Shown piece after piece: positions 1 to 9,379 of a stretch of DNA of 64,000 nucleotides. Positions within the stretch are counted from its first letter, which is position 1, and every line of letters begins with the position of its first letter. Where the stretch lies: positions 195,438 to 259,437 of the forward strand of contig CAVPHZ010000001.1 of assembly GCA_963704905.1 (NCBI GenBank). Direction: 5' to 3'. The notes under the pieces are model-generated. The model was not told the origin of the DNA. It saw only the letters and a list, made by a program, of their open reading frames with translations, and did not search any database. Position numbers and translations under genes: made by a program. The DNA is from Candidatus Chisholmbacteria bacterium (GTDB taxonomy: Bacteria; Patescibacteriota; Microgenomatia; UBA1400; Chisholmbacteraceae).

Positions 1-822
1 CCCTGGTATTTCTGTATCGTCTCCATTGTGTATCCAACCCGTTTCAGTTATGAACACGGGACTATTTGTATTTAGCCCGAATGATTCTGCAAGTCTCAGC
101 TCTGACTTATAACTTATGATGCTTGTTTTTCCACTTTCCAGTGGAGAAGCTGAGAAGCTTGGATTGGGATATGCATGTGATGTCCAACCATCAAGTTTTG
201 TAAAGACGGTTGGCTCAGATTCGAACATCCTTTGTAGATAGCGATCCATTGTCAGGCTGGTTGATGAGTTAGGAACAGAAGCATCGAATCCCGCAGGAAG
301 GATGAAAAAATTCTCTGATTTTGTTTTTAGCTTTTCTTCAAAAAGCAGGAGCATCTTTGCATACTCCTCCGGATTCACTTCTCCTCCCCATTCATCTGCG
401 TGGTTTGGCTCATTGAAGAGAATAACATAGCGATTTTTCACGACCCAATTCAAGGAGGAGAGAAAATCAGTCCACGAATCCAGATCTTCTTCCCGTGGTT
501 TGGCCCATTTACCATTTTCTAATTTGGTGGCGAGTCGAACGAGTGGTATGAGTTTTCGCTCCCTCATCTTATTGAATGTGTTTTGCCACTTTTCTTTATT
601 CCGATCATCCTCTCGAATAACAATGGTGACATACCCCCATTGTCCACCGCTGCTGTTGACCAATTCCGCGGCTCTATCGAGATCATGTTCATCAATGATA
701 TGAATTCCGAAGTGATTGTTTTCTACTGATCTTGGATCAGCGATGGCATACAATGCTTGATATTTCGACATCAGCAGCAGCAGGGCGATCATGATGCTGA
801 TAAATAATTTCTTCTTTTTCAT
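1..822 (-). CDS. Secreted glycoside hydrolase, clan GH-A (GH5-like), N-terminal part; gene runs off the window at the 5' edge
   Basis: Manual reverse-complement translation from ATG at 820-822 gives MKKKKLFISIMIALLLLMSKYQALYA. This is a signal peptide followed by LFNEPNHADEWGG (NEP acid/base motif) and PVFITETGW (TE nucleophile motif), both typical of clan GH-A. There is no stop before position 1. It is absent from the ORF track because it is partial. Confidence 0.55.
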   Translation of the reverse strand, partial: MKKKKLFISIMIALLLLMSKYQALYAIADPRSVENNHFGIHIIDEHDLDRAAELVNSSGGQWGYVTIVIREDDRNKEKWQNTFNKMRERKLIPLVRLATKLENGKWAKPREEDLDSWTDFLSSLNWVVKNRYVILFNEPNHADEWGGEVNPEEYAKMLLLFEEKLKTKSENFFILPAGFDASVPNSSTSLTMDRYLQRMFESEPTVFTKLDGWTSHAYPNPSFSASPLESGKTSIISYKSELRLAESFGLNTNSPVFITETGWIHNGDDTEIPG

Positions 823-954
823 GGAAAGCCAATTGTATCAGGTTCTTTAACCATAATCGTTCATGCACTTGTGTGACCTAACTCACTCAACTGTTTACTG
901 ATAAACGGTATACTGGAGTTAGAATTGAATTTATAAGGCAGGATTGCAAAGTTT

Positions 955-1527
955 ATGAAGTTTTTGATTTTTAACGGCTCAATGCGAAAAGGTCAATATA
1001 CTGAACATGTAACACGTTTTGTTCATCAAGTAGCAAGCAAGCGTACAGATACTACTTTTGAAATTATTGATCCGAGAACGTTTCCGCTTACATTTGAAAG
1101 TGAAGGTCGGTCGGCTGCTCCTCCTCAATATAACCAGAAAATATCGGATGCTGATGGTTTCATCATCGTCACCCCTGAATATAATCATGGTTATCCTGGA
1201 AGTTTGAAATATGTTCTTGATTTGGCTCTGAAAGAGTACATTCATAAACCAGTTGCTTTAGTAGGTGTTTCGTCTGGTTCTTTTGGAGGAGCCCGTGTTA
1301 TTGAGGCGCTCGTAAATGTGGTACGTGAATTAGGTCTGGTGGTCACTTTTACAGATGTCAATTTCTCAGCAATTAGAAGGGAAATTGAAGACGGCAGTGT
1401 TTTAGATGCGGAGAAGTGGGAGAAACGGGTAAACTGCATGCTTGATGAGTTCTTGTGGATGGCTAAAACACTTCAATACGGCCGAGAACATTTTCCTTCT
1501 CAATATCACAAGTCTAAAACATCTTAG
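955..1527 (+). CDS. NAD(P)H-dependent FMN reductase family flavoprotein
   Basis: 190 aa; MKFLIFNGSMRKG...IIVTPEYNHGYPGSLKYVLD matches the NADPH-dependent FMN reductase/flavodoxin-like fold signature. Confidence 0.7.
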   Translation: MKFLIFNGSMRKGQYTEHVTRFVHQVASKRTDTTFEIIDPRTFPLTFESEGRSAAPPQYNQKISDADGFIIVTPEYNHGYPGSLKYVLDLALKEYIHKPVALVGVSSGSFGGARVIEALVNVVRELGLVVTFTDVNFSAIRREIEDGSVLDAEKWEKRVNCMLDEFLWMAKTLQYGREHFPSQYHKSKTS

Positions 1528-1545
1528 CTTTGGTTCCTATCTTGC

Positions 1546-1574
1546 TTGACTTTGTTTTTTTCTCGCGATACCAT
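1546..1574 (+). promoter_or_regulatory. Candidate sigma70-type promoter driving the SAM riboswitch and metK
   Basis: TTGACT (1546-1551), a 17-nt spacer, then TACCAT (1569-1574). The predicted transcription start is just upstream of the riboswitch aptamer. Confidence 0.4.
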
Positions 1575-1596
1575 CAAAGTAGTTCGTTAACATTTC

Positions 1597-1719
1597 ATTT
1601 ATCAAGAGTGACGGGGAGAGAACTGGCTCGTTGATCCGTCCGGCAACCCCTCCGATTCGACACCGGAAGAAGGTGCCACCTCCAGCCCAATATTGTTCTC
1701 ATAAAAGGGAGAGATAAGC
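1597..1719 (+). ncRNA. SAM-I (S-box) riboswitch aptamer in the metK leader
   Basis: The P1 5' arm TTATCAAGAG sits at 1599-1608. The conserved core reads GGGGAGAGAACUGGCUCGUUGAUCCGUCCGGCAACC...GGUGCCACCUCCAGC. The P1 3' arm GAGATAAG sits at 1711-1718. This matches the SAM-I consensus (YUCUUAUCAAGAG-GG-GGAGGGACUGGCCC-UGA-CC-GCAACC...GGUGC-AAUUCC-GC...AGAUAAG). Confidence 0.75.
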
Positions 1720-1730
1720 CGTCGTTTATA

Positions 1731-1760
1731 CAACTCTTCTCTTTTTGAAGAGTTTTTTTA
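1731..1760 (+). terminator. Riboswitch expression-platform intrinsic terminator
   Basis: Stem CTCTTC(1734-1739)...GAAGAG(1747-1752) followed by TTTTTTT (1753-1759), immediately upstream of metK. Confidence 0.6.
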
Positions 1761-1782
1761 TTTTCTAGCCATTGGAGGAGTA

Positions 1783-2838
1783 ATGCTTCATCATTCTATT
1801 CTTTATACTGTTGAAAGTGTCACTAGTGGTCATCCAGATAAGATGTGTGATCAAATATCGGATGGTGTTCTTGATGCATGTCTTAAGCAAGATCCAATGA
1901 GCCGGGTAGCAATTGAAACGTTTGGCTCTCATGGATTGTTGGTTATTGGAGGAGAGATCACGTCAACAGCAACTTTTTCTGCTGAACGTATTGCCCGTCT
2001 ACTGTACAAACAGATCGGATACAACGATCAACTCAACGTGATCACCGAGATCGTACAGCAATCTCCAGATATTGCACAAGGTGTGAACACTGGAGGGGCC
2101 GGTGATCAAGGTATCATGTATGGTTACGCAACTGATGAAACTTCTGAGTTTTTACCCCATGGCATCGTTCTTGTCCATCAACTTACACGAGGTTTGGAGC
2201 GTTTACGAAAAAGTGAAACGCTTTCTTGGCTACAACCTGATGGAAAAGCGCAAGTTACAATGAATGGGACTCAAGTCAAGACGATTCTGGTGAGCGCACA
2301 ACATGATGAGAGCGTGAGTCAAGAAACTATACGTGATTCTCTCATTAAACATCTTATTTCTGAATTGGTAGATATGACTGATATTGAAATCCTTGTTAAT
2401 CCGACTGGAATGTTTGTGAGTGGAGGATTTCACGCAGATACAGGGTTGACTGGTCGTAAAATCATGGTCGATACCTATGGAGGTTTGATTCCTCATGGCG
2501 GTGGTTGTTTTTCAGGAAAAGATGCTTCGAAAGTCGATCGATCAGGTGCGTATATGACTCGATATGTGGCAAAGCAGCTGGTTGCGCATGGGTTGGCAAA
2601 GCGATGTCTGGTCTCCGTAGCCTATGCAATCGGACAAGCTGAACCAATTATGGTTGAAGCAATAAATGAGAAAGGGGATCGTCTTAGTACTTATGTTAAG
2701 CAACACTACGACTTTCGCCCATTGGCAATTATTGATCGACTAGAGCTTCGAAAGCCACTTTACTCCCAAACAGCAACGTACGGGCATTTTGGAAGAAAAA
2801 ATCTTCCTTGGGAAGATATTTCATTAAAACCTCACTAG
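1783..2838 (+). CDS. metK: S-adenosylmethionine synthetase
   Basis: 351 aa; ESVTSGHPDKMCDQISD, GGGCFSGKDASKVDRSGAYMTRYVAKQLVA and other MetK signature blocks. Confidence 0.9.
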   Translation: MLHHSILYTVESVTSGHPDKMCDQISDGVLDACLKQDPMSRVAIETFGSHGLLVIGGEITSTATFSAERIARLLYKQIGYNDQLNVITEIVQQSPDIAQGVNTGGAGDQGIMYGYATDETSEFLPHGIVLVHQLTRGLERLRKSETLSWLQPDGKAQVTMNGTQVKTILVSAQHDESVSQETIRDSLIKHLISELVDMTDIEILVNPTGMFVSGGFHADTGLTGRKIMVDTYGGLIPHGGGCFSGKDASKVDRSGAYMTRYVAKQLVAHGLAKRCLVSVAYAIGQAEPIMVEAINEKGDRLSTYVKQHYDFRPLAIIDRLELRKPLYSQTATYGHFGRKNLPWEDISLKPH

Positions 2839-2922
2839 CAATATTATCTTCTTTTGCTGCTACGCTATATCTACTACAATACGTTATGCCTTGCAGTGAC
2901 CATGCCGCACTTATTTATTAAC

Positions 2923-4359
2923 ATGAAACTTACAAAAATCGTTTCAACATACGGACCAGCTATTGATTCGACTCGTGATATTGAACGACTTATTCAATTG
3001 GGTGTAAATGTTTTTCGGTTTAATTTGAAGCACAATTCTCTTGATTGGCATGAAGAGAGGATCAAAAACGTCAAAAATATTGCTCAGCGACTCGGAGAAC
3101 ACATTGGGGTACTTATTGATCTGCAAGGCCCGGAAATTCGCCTCTCTACACCTGGTAAATATATGGACATTGAAAACGAAGATGTCATAGAACTCAAGGA
3201 GCAAGTTTTTGCATCTGATGAGAATAGTCTTTCTCTTTCTTATCCAAAGCTTATCGCCTCGCTTGTTGAAGGACAGCGAGTGTTTGCAGATGATGGGAAA
3301 TTTTCTTTTACTGTGTTTAAAAAACAAGGACAAACGTATCTACGGAGTTTAAATCAAGGTCGTCTTCTCAATCGAAAATCACTTAATATTCCCGGTCTGG
3401 CTATTAAACTTCCGACCCTGTATTCGAGAGATATTGAAGGTTTGAAACTCGCAAAAACATGTGAAGTTGACTTCATTGCCCTTTCTTACGTACGTAGCAC
3501 AAAGGATCTTCTCGTCCTACGACGTGAAATGAGAACGCTTGAAGTTCAATCTCAGGTCGTCTCAAAAATTGAAACTAAGATGGCGATTGATTCTCTTGAT
3601 GACATTCTCACCGCCTCCGATGGAGTCATGGTGGCTCGCGGTGATCTGGGTGTTGAACTTCCCATCGAACGTGTGCCTTACTATCAGAAGTTCATCATCA
3701 AGCGTGCGATAGAGATTGGAAAACCGGTCATCACTGCTACAGAAATGCTTCAATCTATGATTCTTGCACCTCAACCAAGCCGGGCTGAGGTTTCGGATAT
3801 TGCTAATGCTACATATGACTACTCAGATGCGGTTATGTTATCTGGTGAAACTGCGACGGGAAAATATCCACTGGATGCTGTAGAGGTGATGCGAAAAACA
3901 ATAGAATTTAATGAACGCAAGTTTAATCTAGATACAAGAGATCGTTTCGATCTGGAGACCAAAGAACAAGAAGGTTTGATTGCAAATGCTGCATATGATC
4001 TTTATTTAAAAATTAAAACGATGAAACAGAAGTTGCATGGTTTTATTGTTTTCACACAAACTGGGAAAACCGCACGAATGCTCTCGCGTTTCCGTCCAGC
4101 ACTTCCGGTTTATACATTTTGTCCGTCTCCTAACTTAGCCCGTCTTCTTACGCTTCATTTCGGTATTCATCCATTCGTTCATAATCATCATAATTTAAAA
4201 GGTGAATTTTTTAGCCAACATCAGCTGCGGGAAGTCATTTCATTACTTTTGAAAAAGAAGTTTGTCCGTCAAGGGGATCGTTTGATCCTTCTGCGTGCTG
4301 TGCGATGGGGTGATGAGGATAATACTTCCACTGTCCAATTACTTACTTGCGTTGAATAA
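2923..4359 (+). CDS. pyk: Pyruvate kinase
   Basis: MKLTKIVSTYGPA...NVFRFNLKHNS...LIDLQGPEIRL...MVARGDLGVELP. The start was chosen at ATG 2923; the ORF track begins at an upstream TTG (2854). Confidence 0.88.
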   Translation: MKLTKIVSTYGPAIDSTRDIERLIQLGVNVFRFNLKHNSLDWHEERIKNVKNIAQRLGEHIGVLIDLQGPEIRLSTPGKYMDIENEDVIELKEQVFASDENSLSLSYPKLIASLVEGQRVFADDGKFSFTVFKKQGQTYLRSLNQGRLLNRKSLNIPGLAIKLPTLYSRDIEGLKLAKTCEVDFIALSYVRSTKDLLVLRREMRTLEVQSQVVSKIETKMAIDSLDDILTASDGVMVARGDLGVELPIERVPYYQKFIIKRAIEIGKPVITATEMLQSMILAPQPSRAEVSDIANATYDYSDAVMLSGETATGKYPLDAVEVMRKTIEFNERKFNLDTRDRFDLETKEQEGLIANAAYDLYLKIKTMKQKLHGFIVFTQTGKTARMLSRFRPALPVYTFCPSPNLARLLTLHFGIHPFVHNHHNLKGEFFSQHQLREVISLLLKKKFVRQGDRLILLRAVRWGDEDNTSTVQLLTCVE

Positions 4360-4397
4360 CTCCCTTTTTTTATTGATTTAAAACTGTTCTAAATAGT

Positions 4398-5474
4398 CTA
4401 CGATTTCCTTGCCATCGTTAACTCAAGGAGTCCGGTGAAAATGGTTTGGATGTCTCTATTGTTAGTGATATTTTGTATTTGTTTTTTTCCCTTCATGATG
4501 TACTTCTCTCCTAATTCAACTATGTATTGATATGATCCAGAATCTCTTAATGACACTTGTAGTTTTTCTAATTCTGTTTTTGTGATGTTATTATTACCAA
4601 ATACTTTTAACAGTATTTTCTTATCTTTACTTGAACCTCGTTTCATTAATTGAAGTAGTAGTAGTGTCCGTTTTCCTTCACGGATATCCCCTCCAATAGG
4701 TTTTCCTAGCTGCTGAGCGTCACCAAACAATCCGAGAAGATCGTCGCGGAGTTGAAATGCCCATCCAAGACACAGTCCATATTCTCTCAATGATTCGATT
4801 GTTGTCCTATCAGAACAATCTGCTAGAGTAGCTCCAATGAGAAGAGGCAATGCTCCGGTGTATTCAGCGGTTTTTAGTTTATATATGTTCGTAATCTCAC
4901 TCTCCTTGGACAATTGAATTGGTGAATTTGTCACATCGAGTGCTTGTCCGAGACCTACTCGAATTGCGTACCGGGAAAATATACGTGCTGAATTCGTAAT
5001 CCTTTCCGGAACAAAATCGCTTTCGAATAATTTCTCCATGGCTATAAAAAATGCGATGTCGCCAACATTTATGGCTAGTGACTCTCCATACTTGTCGGCT
5101 GGGGTTTTTACATTATATTTTTTTGCAAGACCCTTAAATTGCTTATGCATTGATGGAAGGCCGCGCCTTAATTCATCTTGATCCATAATGTCGTCATGAA
5201 TGAGCAAACCTGCATGGAACATTTCTATAAACAGACTTGCTTCAAGGATAGCGGCTTCGTTTCTTCCACCAGCTGCTTTATATCCAAGTACCATCAATGC
5301 GCCTCGGACCTTTTTTCCTCGCAAAACTAGTTTTAAAAGTCTGTCTGTGACTTCTTTAGGAATTGATCCAATTGTTGAGGCTTCAGCAATTTTTCTTGAA
5401 AGATATTTTATGAACAAAGGATTTGTTTTTTCTTTGTACCAGCTGAGGTATTTAATGGCCTTTTTCTGATTCAT
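4398..5474 (-). CDS. Polyprenyl (trans-isoprenyl) diphosphate synthase
   Basis: 358 aa; first Asp-rich motif LLIHDDIMDQDELRRG and second motif FQLRDDLLGLFGD. Confidence 0.8.
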   Translation of the reverse strand: MNQKKAIKYLSWYKEKTNPLFIKYLSRKIAEASTIGSIPKEVTDRLLKLVLRGKKVRGALMVLGYKAAGGRNEAAILEASLFIEMFHAGLLIHDDIMDQDELRRGLPSMHKQFKGLAKKYNVKTPADKYGESLAINVGDIAFFIAMEKLFESDFVPERITNSARIFSRYAIRVGLGQALDVTNSPIQLSKESEITNIYKLKTAEYTGALPLLIGATLADCSDRTTIESLREYGLCLGWAFQLRDDLLGLFGDAQQLGKPIGGDIREGKRTLLLLQLMKRGSSKDKKILLKVFGNNNITKTELEKLQVSLRDSGSYQYIVELGEKYIMKGKKQIQNITNNRDIQTIFTGLLELTMARKS

Positions 5475-5518
5475 GACAGGATTATATCAGAGAGTCTTAG
5501 TGTCTGACCGATGCCTTC

Positions 5519-5547
5519 TTGGGAATGTTATTATTTTGTAATATAAT
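5519..5547 (+). promoter_or_regulatory. Candidate promoter giving a leaderless or near-leaderless transcript for the RHH-Nudix gene
   Basis: TTGGGA (5519-5524), a 17-nt spacer, then TATAAT (5542-5547); the ATG is at 5557. Confidence 0.35.
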
Positions 5548-5556
5548 GTATGTATC

Positions 5557-6222
5557 ATGAGAAAAAGCAAAATAGTTAGCATCTCACTACCAATACAAAT
5601 AGATGAACAACTTACGACAGTTATGAAACGCTCTCATCAAAGTAAGAGCGAGGTGATTAAAAATATCTTGCATGAATACATGACCTCCGACACACAATCT
5701 GTAAGATCCTCCGAAAATGCGTATGAGTCTCCGAATTTATCACTTAGTTACGTATTAAAGCTTTACTACGAACTTCTAAGTAAACAGCATAGACAAACTC
5801 TGGTCGTTGCATTGGCAATCATTAGTAGCAATGGAAATGTGCTGATTGGAAAGCGAGGTGCAAATGATCCACATGTAACTCATCTCAGTTGGGCATTTCC
5901 TGGTGCTGAAGTTCTAAGTCTCGACTTTTCAGGAGAACTTACGAAGATTGCTAAAGCTGAAACTGGATTAGATGTGAAAGTAATGAAACTTATCCATACT
6001 CGCCTTCATCCCGATAATATGAGTAAGAAGGTTGACGTTGTCGCTCTTTACTTTCATTGTCTAGTTACGGGCGGGAGTGAACAACCTGGACAATACAATC
6101 AGGAGATTCCAATCGTAGAGCTTAAATGGGTACAGCCAACTTCTGTTTTTCGGTATTTCACAACTTCCACGGCTGATGAAGTTGTACGTTTCTTGAATAT
6201 TATTGAAACCAGCAATAGTTAA
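5557..6222 (+). CDS. Ribbon-helix-helix (CopG/MetJ-like) domain fused to a Nudix-like domain with a degenerate Nudix box
   Basis: N-terminus KIVSISLPIQIDEQLTTVMKRSHQSKSEVIKNILHEYM is an RHH pattern. The C-terminus has the Nudix-fold pattern LVVALAIISSNGNVLIGKRG...WAFPGAEV...KIAKAETGLDV. The REx2EE motif is reduced to KIAKAE. Confidence 0.5.
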   Translation: MRKSKIVSISLPIQIDEQLTTVMKRSHQSKSEVIKNILHEYMTSDTQSVRSSENAYESPNLSLSYVLKLYYELLSKQHRQTLVVALAIISSNGNVLIGKRGANDPHVTHLSWAFPGAEVLSLDFSGELTKIAKAETGLDVKVMKLIHTRLHPDNMSKKVDVVALYFHCLVTGGSEQPGQYNQEIPIVELKWVQPTSVFRYFTTSTADEVVRFLNIIETSNS

Positions 6223-6270
6223 TTTCATCCTTGTACTTTTCGAAATTACAATAGTCCTCTATAATATCCT

Positions 6271-6972
6271 TTGATGTATTCTCTTTTTAATACCCTATCC
6301 AGCAAAGATAAATCCCGTGCGATTGAACGACTTATTCGAGGTAGCACGCCACGTCAGGAATTCTTTTTGATGATTATTCTTTCGGTGTTGATGGCCACAT
6401 TTGGATTGCTGCTTAACAACAGTTCGGTCATTATCGGTAGCATGCTGATTGCACCTATGCTTTACTCTATCATGAGTCTGTCTCTCGGGATTATCATGTC
6501 TGATGCTGGTCTGGTTACGCGTTCGCTTAAGACCGTTTTGAAATCGACTTTTTTTGGAATTGTTGCATCAGCTACGGTGGCGTTGTTTTTCTCTTCAGGT
6601 GAGCTTACACCAGAAATCATGGCCCGAGCACAACCTTCACTTCCTTATATCGTTATTGCAATTATTGCAGGTTTTGCTGCTTCATTTGCCCTCGTAAAAC
6701 CCCATCTGAGTGAAACTCTCCCTGGAATAGCAATATCTGTAGCACTCATCCCCCCGCTTGCAGTCGTGGGTATAGGGTTGGCCCGATTCAACTGGCAGAT
6801 TATGAGTCAATCATTTGTATTATTTGTAATTAATATCGTTGGAATCGTATTTGCGAGCATGATCACCTTTTCACTTATGGATTTTTATCTCAAGCGCGGA
6901 CTTGCACAAGAAACTGCTATCAAAGAAGATCTGAAAGTTGAACAGGAAAAAGAGGATGCGGCAAAGCAATAA
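6271..6972 (+). CDS. DUF389-like polytopic membrane protein
   Basis: 233 aa with several hydrophobic helices; IGSMLIAPMLYSIMSLSLGIIMSDAGLVTRSL resembles the DUF389/TIGR00341 hydrophobic domain. Confidence 0.45.
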   Translation: MMYSLFNTLSSKDKSRAIERLIRGSTPRQEFFLMIILSVLMATFGLLLNNSSVIIGSMLIAPMLYSIMSLSLGIIMSDAGLVTRSLKTVLKSTFFGIVASATVALFFSSGELTPEIMARAQPSLPYIVIAIIAGFAASFALVKPHLSETLPGIAISVALIPPLAVVGIGLARFNWQIMSQSFVLFVINIVGIVFASMITFSLMDFYLKRGLAQETAIKEDLKVEQEKEDAAKQ

Positions 6973-6977
6973 TGTGT

Positions 6978-7415
6978 TTACCGTTTCGGAGATTGTTTTT
7001 TCGCCCTTGCTGACTGAGCTAGTCCGGATTTTCTTCGCTCCTTCATACGAGGATCTCGCGTAAGAAGCCCGTGTTTTTTTAAAACAGGTCTGAATTCTTT
7101 TGAATCTGCAAGGCTAAGAGCTCTTGCAATTCCGTGCATCACGGCTCCAAGTTGTCCACTCTTTCCAGAACCAATAACTTTGACTGTTGCTGAAAACTTG
7201 CCCTCGGTCTTGGTTATTTTAAGTGGTTTAAGATACTGCTGCTTGTGTGATTCAAGTGGAAAATACTCTTCTATTGGTTTTTCGTTGACTAGAATAGGTC
7301 CTTTCTTAAGATACAAACGGACTCTGGCGCTTGCAGTTTTTCGTCGTCCTACAGCGTAGATAAATTCTGGTTTTGACGTTTTTTTAGAATTACTTGTCTT
7401 TTTTTCTTTTGCCAC
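6978..7415 (-). CDS. rpsI: 30S ribosomal protein S9
   Basis: YAVGRRKTASARV...GGGKSGQ...ARAKKQSPKR; Lys-rich N-terminal extension. Confidence 0.9.
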   Translation of the reverse strand: MAKEKKTSNSKKTSKPEFIYAVGRRKTASARVRLYLKKGPILVNEKPIEEYFPLESHKQQYLKPLKITKTEGKFSATVKVIGSGKSGQLGAVMHGIARALSLADSKEFRPVLKKHGLLTRDPRMKERRKSGLAQSARAKKQSPKR

Positions 7416-7428
7416 AGATTCCTCTTTA

Positions 7429-7935
7429 CTATTTCTTATTTTTTCTATTTATACTCTCTACTGTCTTCTTTGCGTTCTTCATTTTTGATTTATTTGAGTC
7501 TTCTCCCTTTTTCTTCTCAATAAACTTTTCTTCATATGGATGTTTCCCATCTACAAATACTTTTAAACGAGACATACGACGGTCGCGGAGTTTATTTTTT
7601 GGAAGCATTCCTTTTACTGCAATTTCAATTACTTTTCGCGGATCCTTTTCCATCATTTGGTTAAAGGTTAATTGTCTAAAGCCTCCTGGAAAACCAGAGT
7701 GGCGATAGTATATTTTCTTTTTCCGTTTGTTGCCTGTGATATCGACAGCTCCAGCATTAATTACTACGACATAGTCTCCGCAATCAAGGTGGGGGGTGTA
7801 ATATGGCTTATGTTTTCCGATAAGTGATGAGGCGACATCGGTTGCACCACGGCCGAGAACTTTGTTATTGAAGTCCACAAGTTTCCATTCTCTTACAATT
7901 ACTTTTTCTTTGGTGCTGTACGTTTTTTGATTCAT
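7429..7935 (-). CDS. rplM: 50S ribosomal protein L13
   Basis: REWKLVDFNNKVLGRGATDVA...YYRHSGFPGG; Lys-rich C-terminal tail. Confidence 0.9.
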   Translation of the reverse strand: MNQKTYSTKEKVIVREWKLVDFNNKVLGRGATDVASSLIGKHKPYYTPHLDCGDYVVVINAGAVDITGNKRKKKIYYRHSGFPGGFRQLTFNQMMEKDPRKVIEIAVKGMLPKNKLRDRRMSRLKVFVDGKHPYEEKFIEKKKGEDSNKSKMKNAKKTVESINRKNKK

Positions 7936-8426
7936 TTCTTGGTCTTGTTGGTTTTATCTTTTTCTTTTGATTTTAGGTTCGATGATTGTATTTGCTTCTC
8001 TTGTTTCACTTTCTTGGGATCTGATGTTCTTTTGGTAGCTTTTTTTGACTTGTCTTTACTCTCTTTCTCTTTTTTTTCGACTAACTCTATCTGTACCATC
8101 ATTGCATTGTCTCCCCGACGCTGACCTATTTTTTTTATCCTTGTAAAACCGCTGACTCTATCTTTAAATCTCGGCCCAAGTTCGTCAACGATTTTATTTA
8201 CAACATTCTTCTCTTGTAAAAATGCAGCTATTGCTCTTCGTGAGTTGAGTGAACTATTTTTTCCCTTATTAATTAATTTATCCGCTAATCTTCTAATAGC
8301 TTTGGCTTTACTTTCGGTTGTTTTAATTTCCTCATTGATGATCAAGCCGTTGATGAGGTTTTTAAACAACGCTTTTCGATGTTTAATGTCTCGATTGAGC
8401 TTTTTTCCAGCCTTTCTGTGACGCAT
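7932..8426 (-). CDS. rplQ: 50S ribosomal protein L17
   Basis: MRHRKAGKKLNRDIKHRKALFKNL...; long Lys-rich C-terminal tail. Confidence 0.9.
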   Translation of the reverse strand: MRHRKAGKKLNRDIKHRKALFKNLINGLIINEEIKTTESKAKAIRRLADKLINKGKNSSLNSRRAIAAFLQEKNVVNKIVDELGPRFKDRVSGFTRIKKIGQRRGDNAMMVQIELVEKKEKESKDKSKKATKRTSDPKKVKQEKQIQSSNLKSKEKDKTNKTKK

Positions 8427-8442
8427 AGTGAACTCTTTATAG

Positions 8443-9360
8443 TTAGCCTTTAATAGCTACTTCTTTTTTCTTGAGAGCTTTTTTAATAAGCTCGACCGAC
8501 TTTTCTCCAAGATTCTTTACCTGAGCTAACTCTGTCTCCTGGGCATTGACTAAATTCTTGACTGTTTTATATCCACCTTTTCGAAGTGCATTCGCAATTC
8601 TCGTTGGAAGATCAAGTTCTTCTACAGTAAGGTTGTACACCTCATTGTTCAATTCTACGTCTACTTCGGCTTTCTCAACTTTTGAAACAGTCGGATCGTA
8701 TACTTGTTTGAAGTATGATTGCATTAGCTTGGCCGTTTCTTCTAGAGCTTGCTTTGGAGTCATTGTGCCATCTGTGGCAATTTCCATAATGAGTCGATCT
8801 AAGTCTGTTCGCCTTCCAACGCGGGTAGCCTCTACTTTATAGGCTACTTGCCGAACTGGAGTGAACGTCGCATCGACCGGGATGACACCAATTTTATCCG
8901 ACTTCCGTTCCTCTGCTGGCGAATACCCTGTACTTCTCTCTATCTGTATTTCTGCTTCCAGTGTTGATTTTTTATTAGCTAAATTTGCTAAGACATGATC
9001 TTTGTTAATAATTTCAACAGTGGGAGGAGCTTTAATTTGAGAGGCTTTCACTTCTCCAGGACCTTGCGCTGATAGATGAAGTGTCTCTGGACCCTCACCT
9101 TCATAGCGGAGACGAATACCTTTGAGGTTCAAAATGAATTCAACGATATCCTCATTCATGCCTTTAAGCGTTGAAAATTGATGTCTAATGCCTTTAATTT
9201 TGACTTCTGTTGGAGCTGCTCCGGGTAAGCTATCCAGCATAGTACGTCTAAGCGCATTTCCAAGTGTATGACCGTACCCCTGCTCAAGTGGTTCGATCAC
9301 ATACGTGGCAGAGTCTTCGTTCTCTTCCTTGGCAGTGATAGTGAATGTTGGTGTGAACAT
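8443..9360 (-). CDS. rpoA: DNA-directed RNA polymerase subunit alpha
   Basis: YVIEPLEQGYGHTLGNALRRTMLDSLPGAAPTEVKIKG. Confidence 0.95.
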   Translation of the reverse strand: MFTPTFTITAKEENEDSATYVIEPLEQGYGHTLGNALRRTMLDSLPGAAPTEVKIKGIRHQFSTLKGMNEDIVEFILNLKGIRLRYEGEGPETLHLSAQGPGEVKASQIKAPPTVEIINKDHVLANLANKKSTLEAEIQIERSTGYSPAEERKSDKIGVIPVDATFTPVRQVAYKVEATRVGRRTDLDRLIMEIATDGTMTPKQALEETAKLMQSYFKQVYDPTVSKVEKAEVDVELNNEVYNLTVEELDLPTRIANALRKGGYKTVKNLVNAQETELAQVKNLGEKSVELIKKALKKKEVAIKG

Positions 9361-9379
9361 AATTCTCCTCTCTTGTGAA

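Noticed and set aside
500-703. A 67-aa plus-strand ORF near the start of the window.
   Set aside because: It lies entirely antisense to the GH5-like gene, whose manual translation is continuous and motif-bearing.
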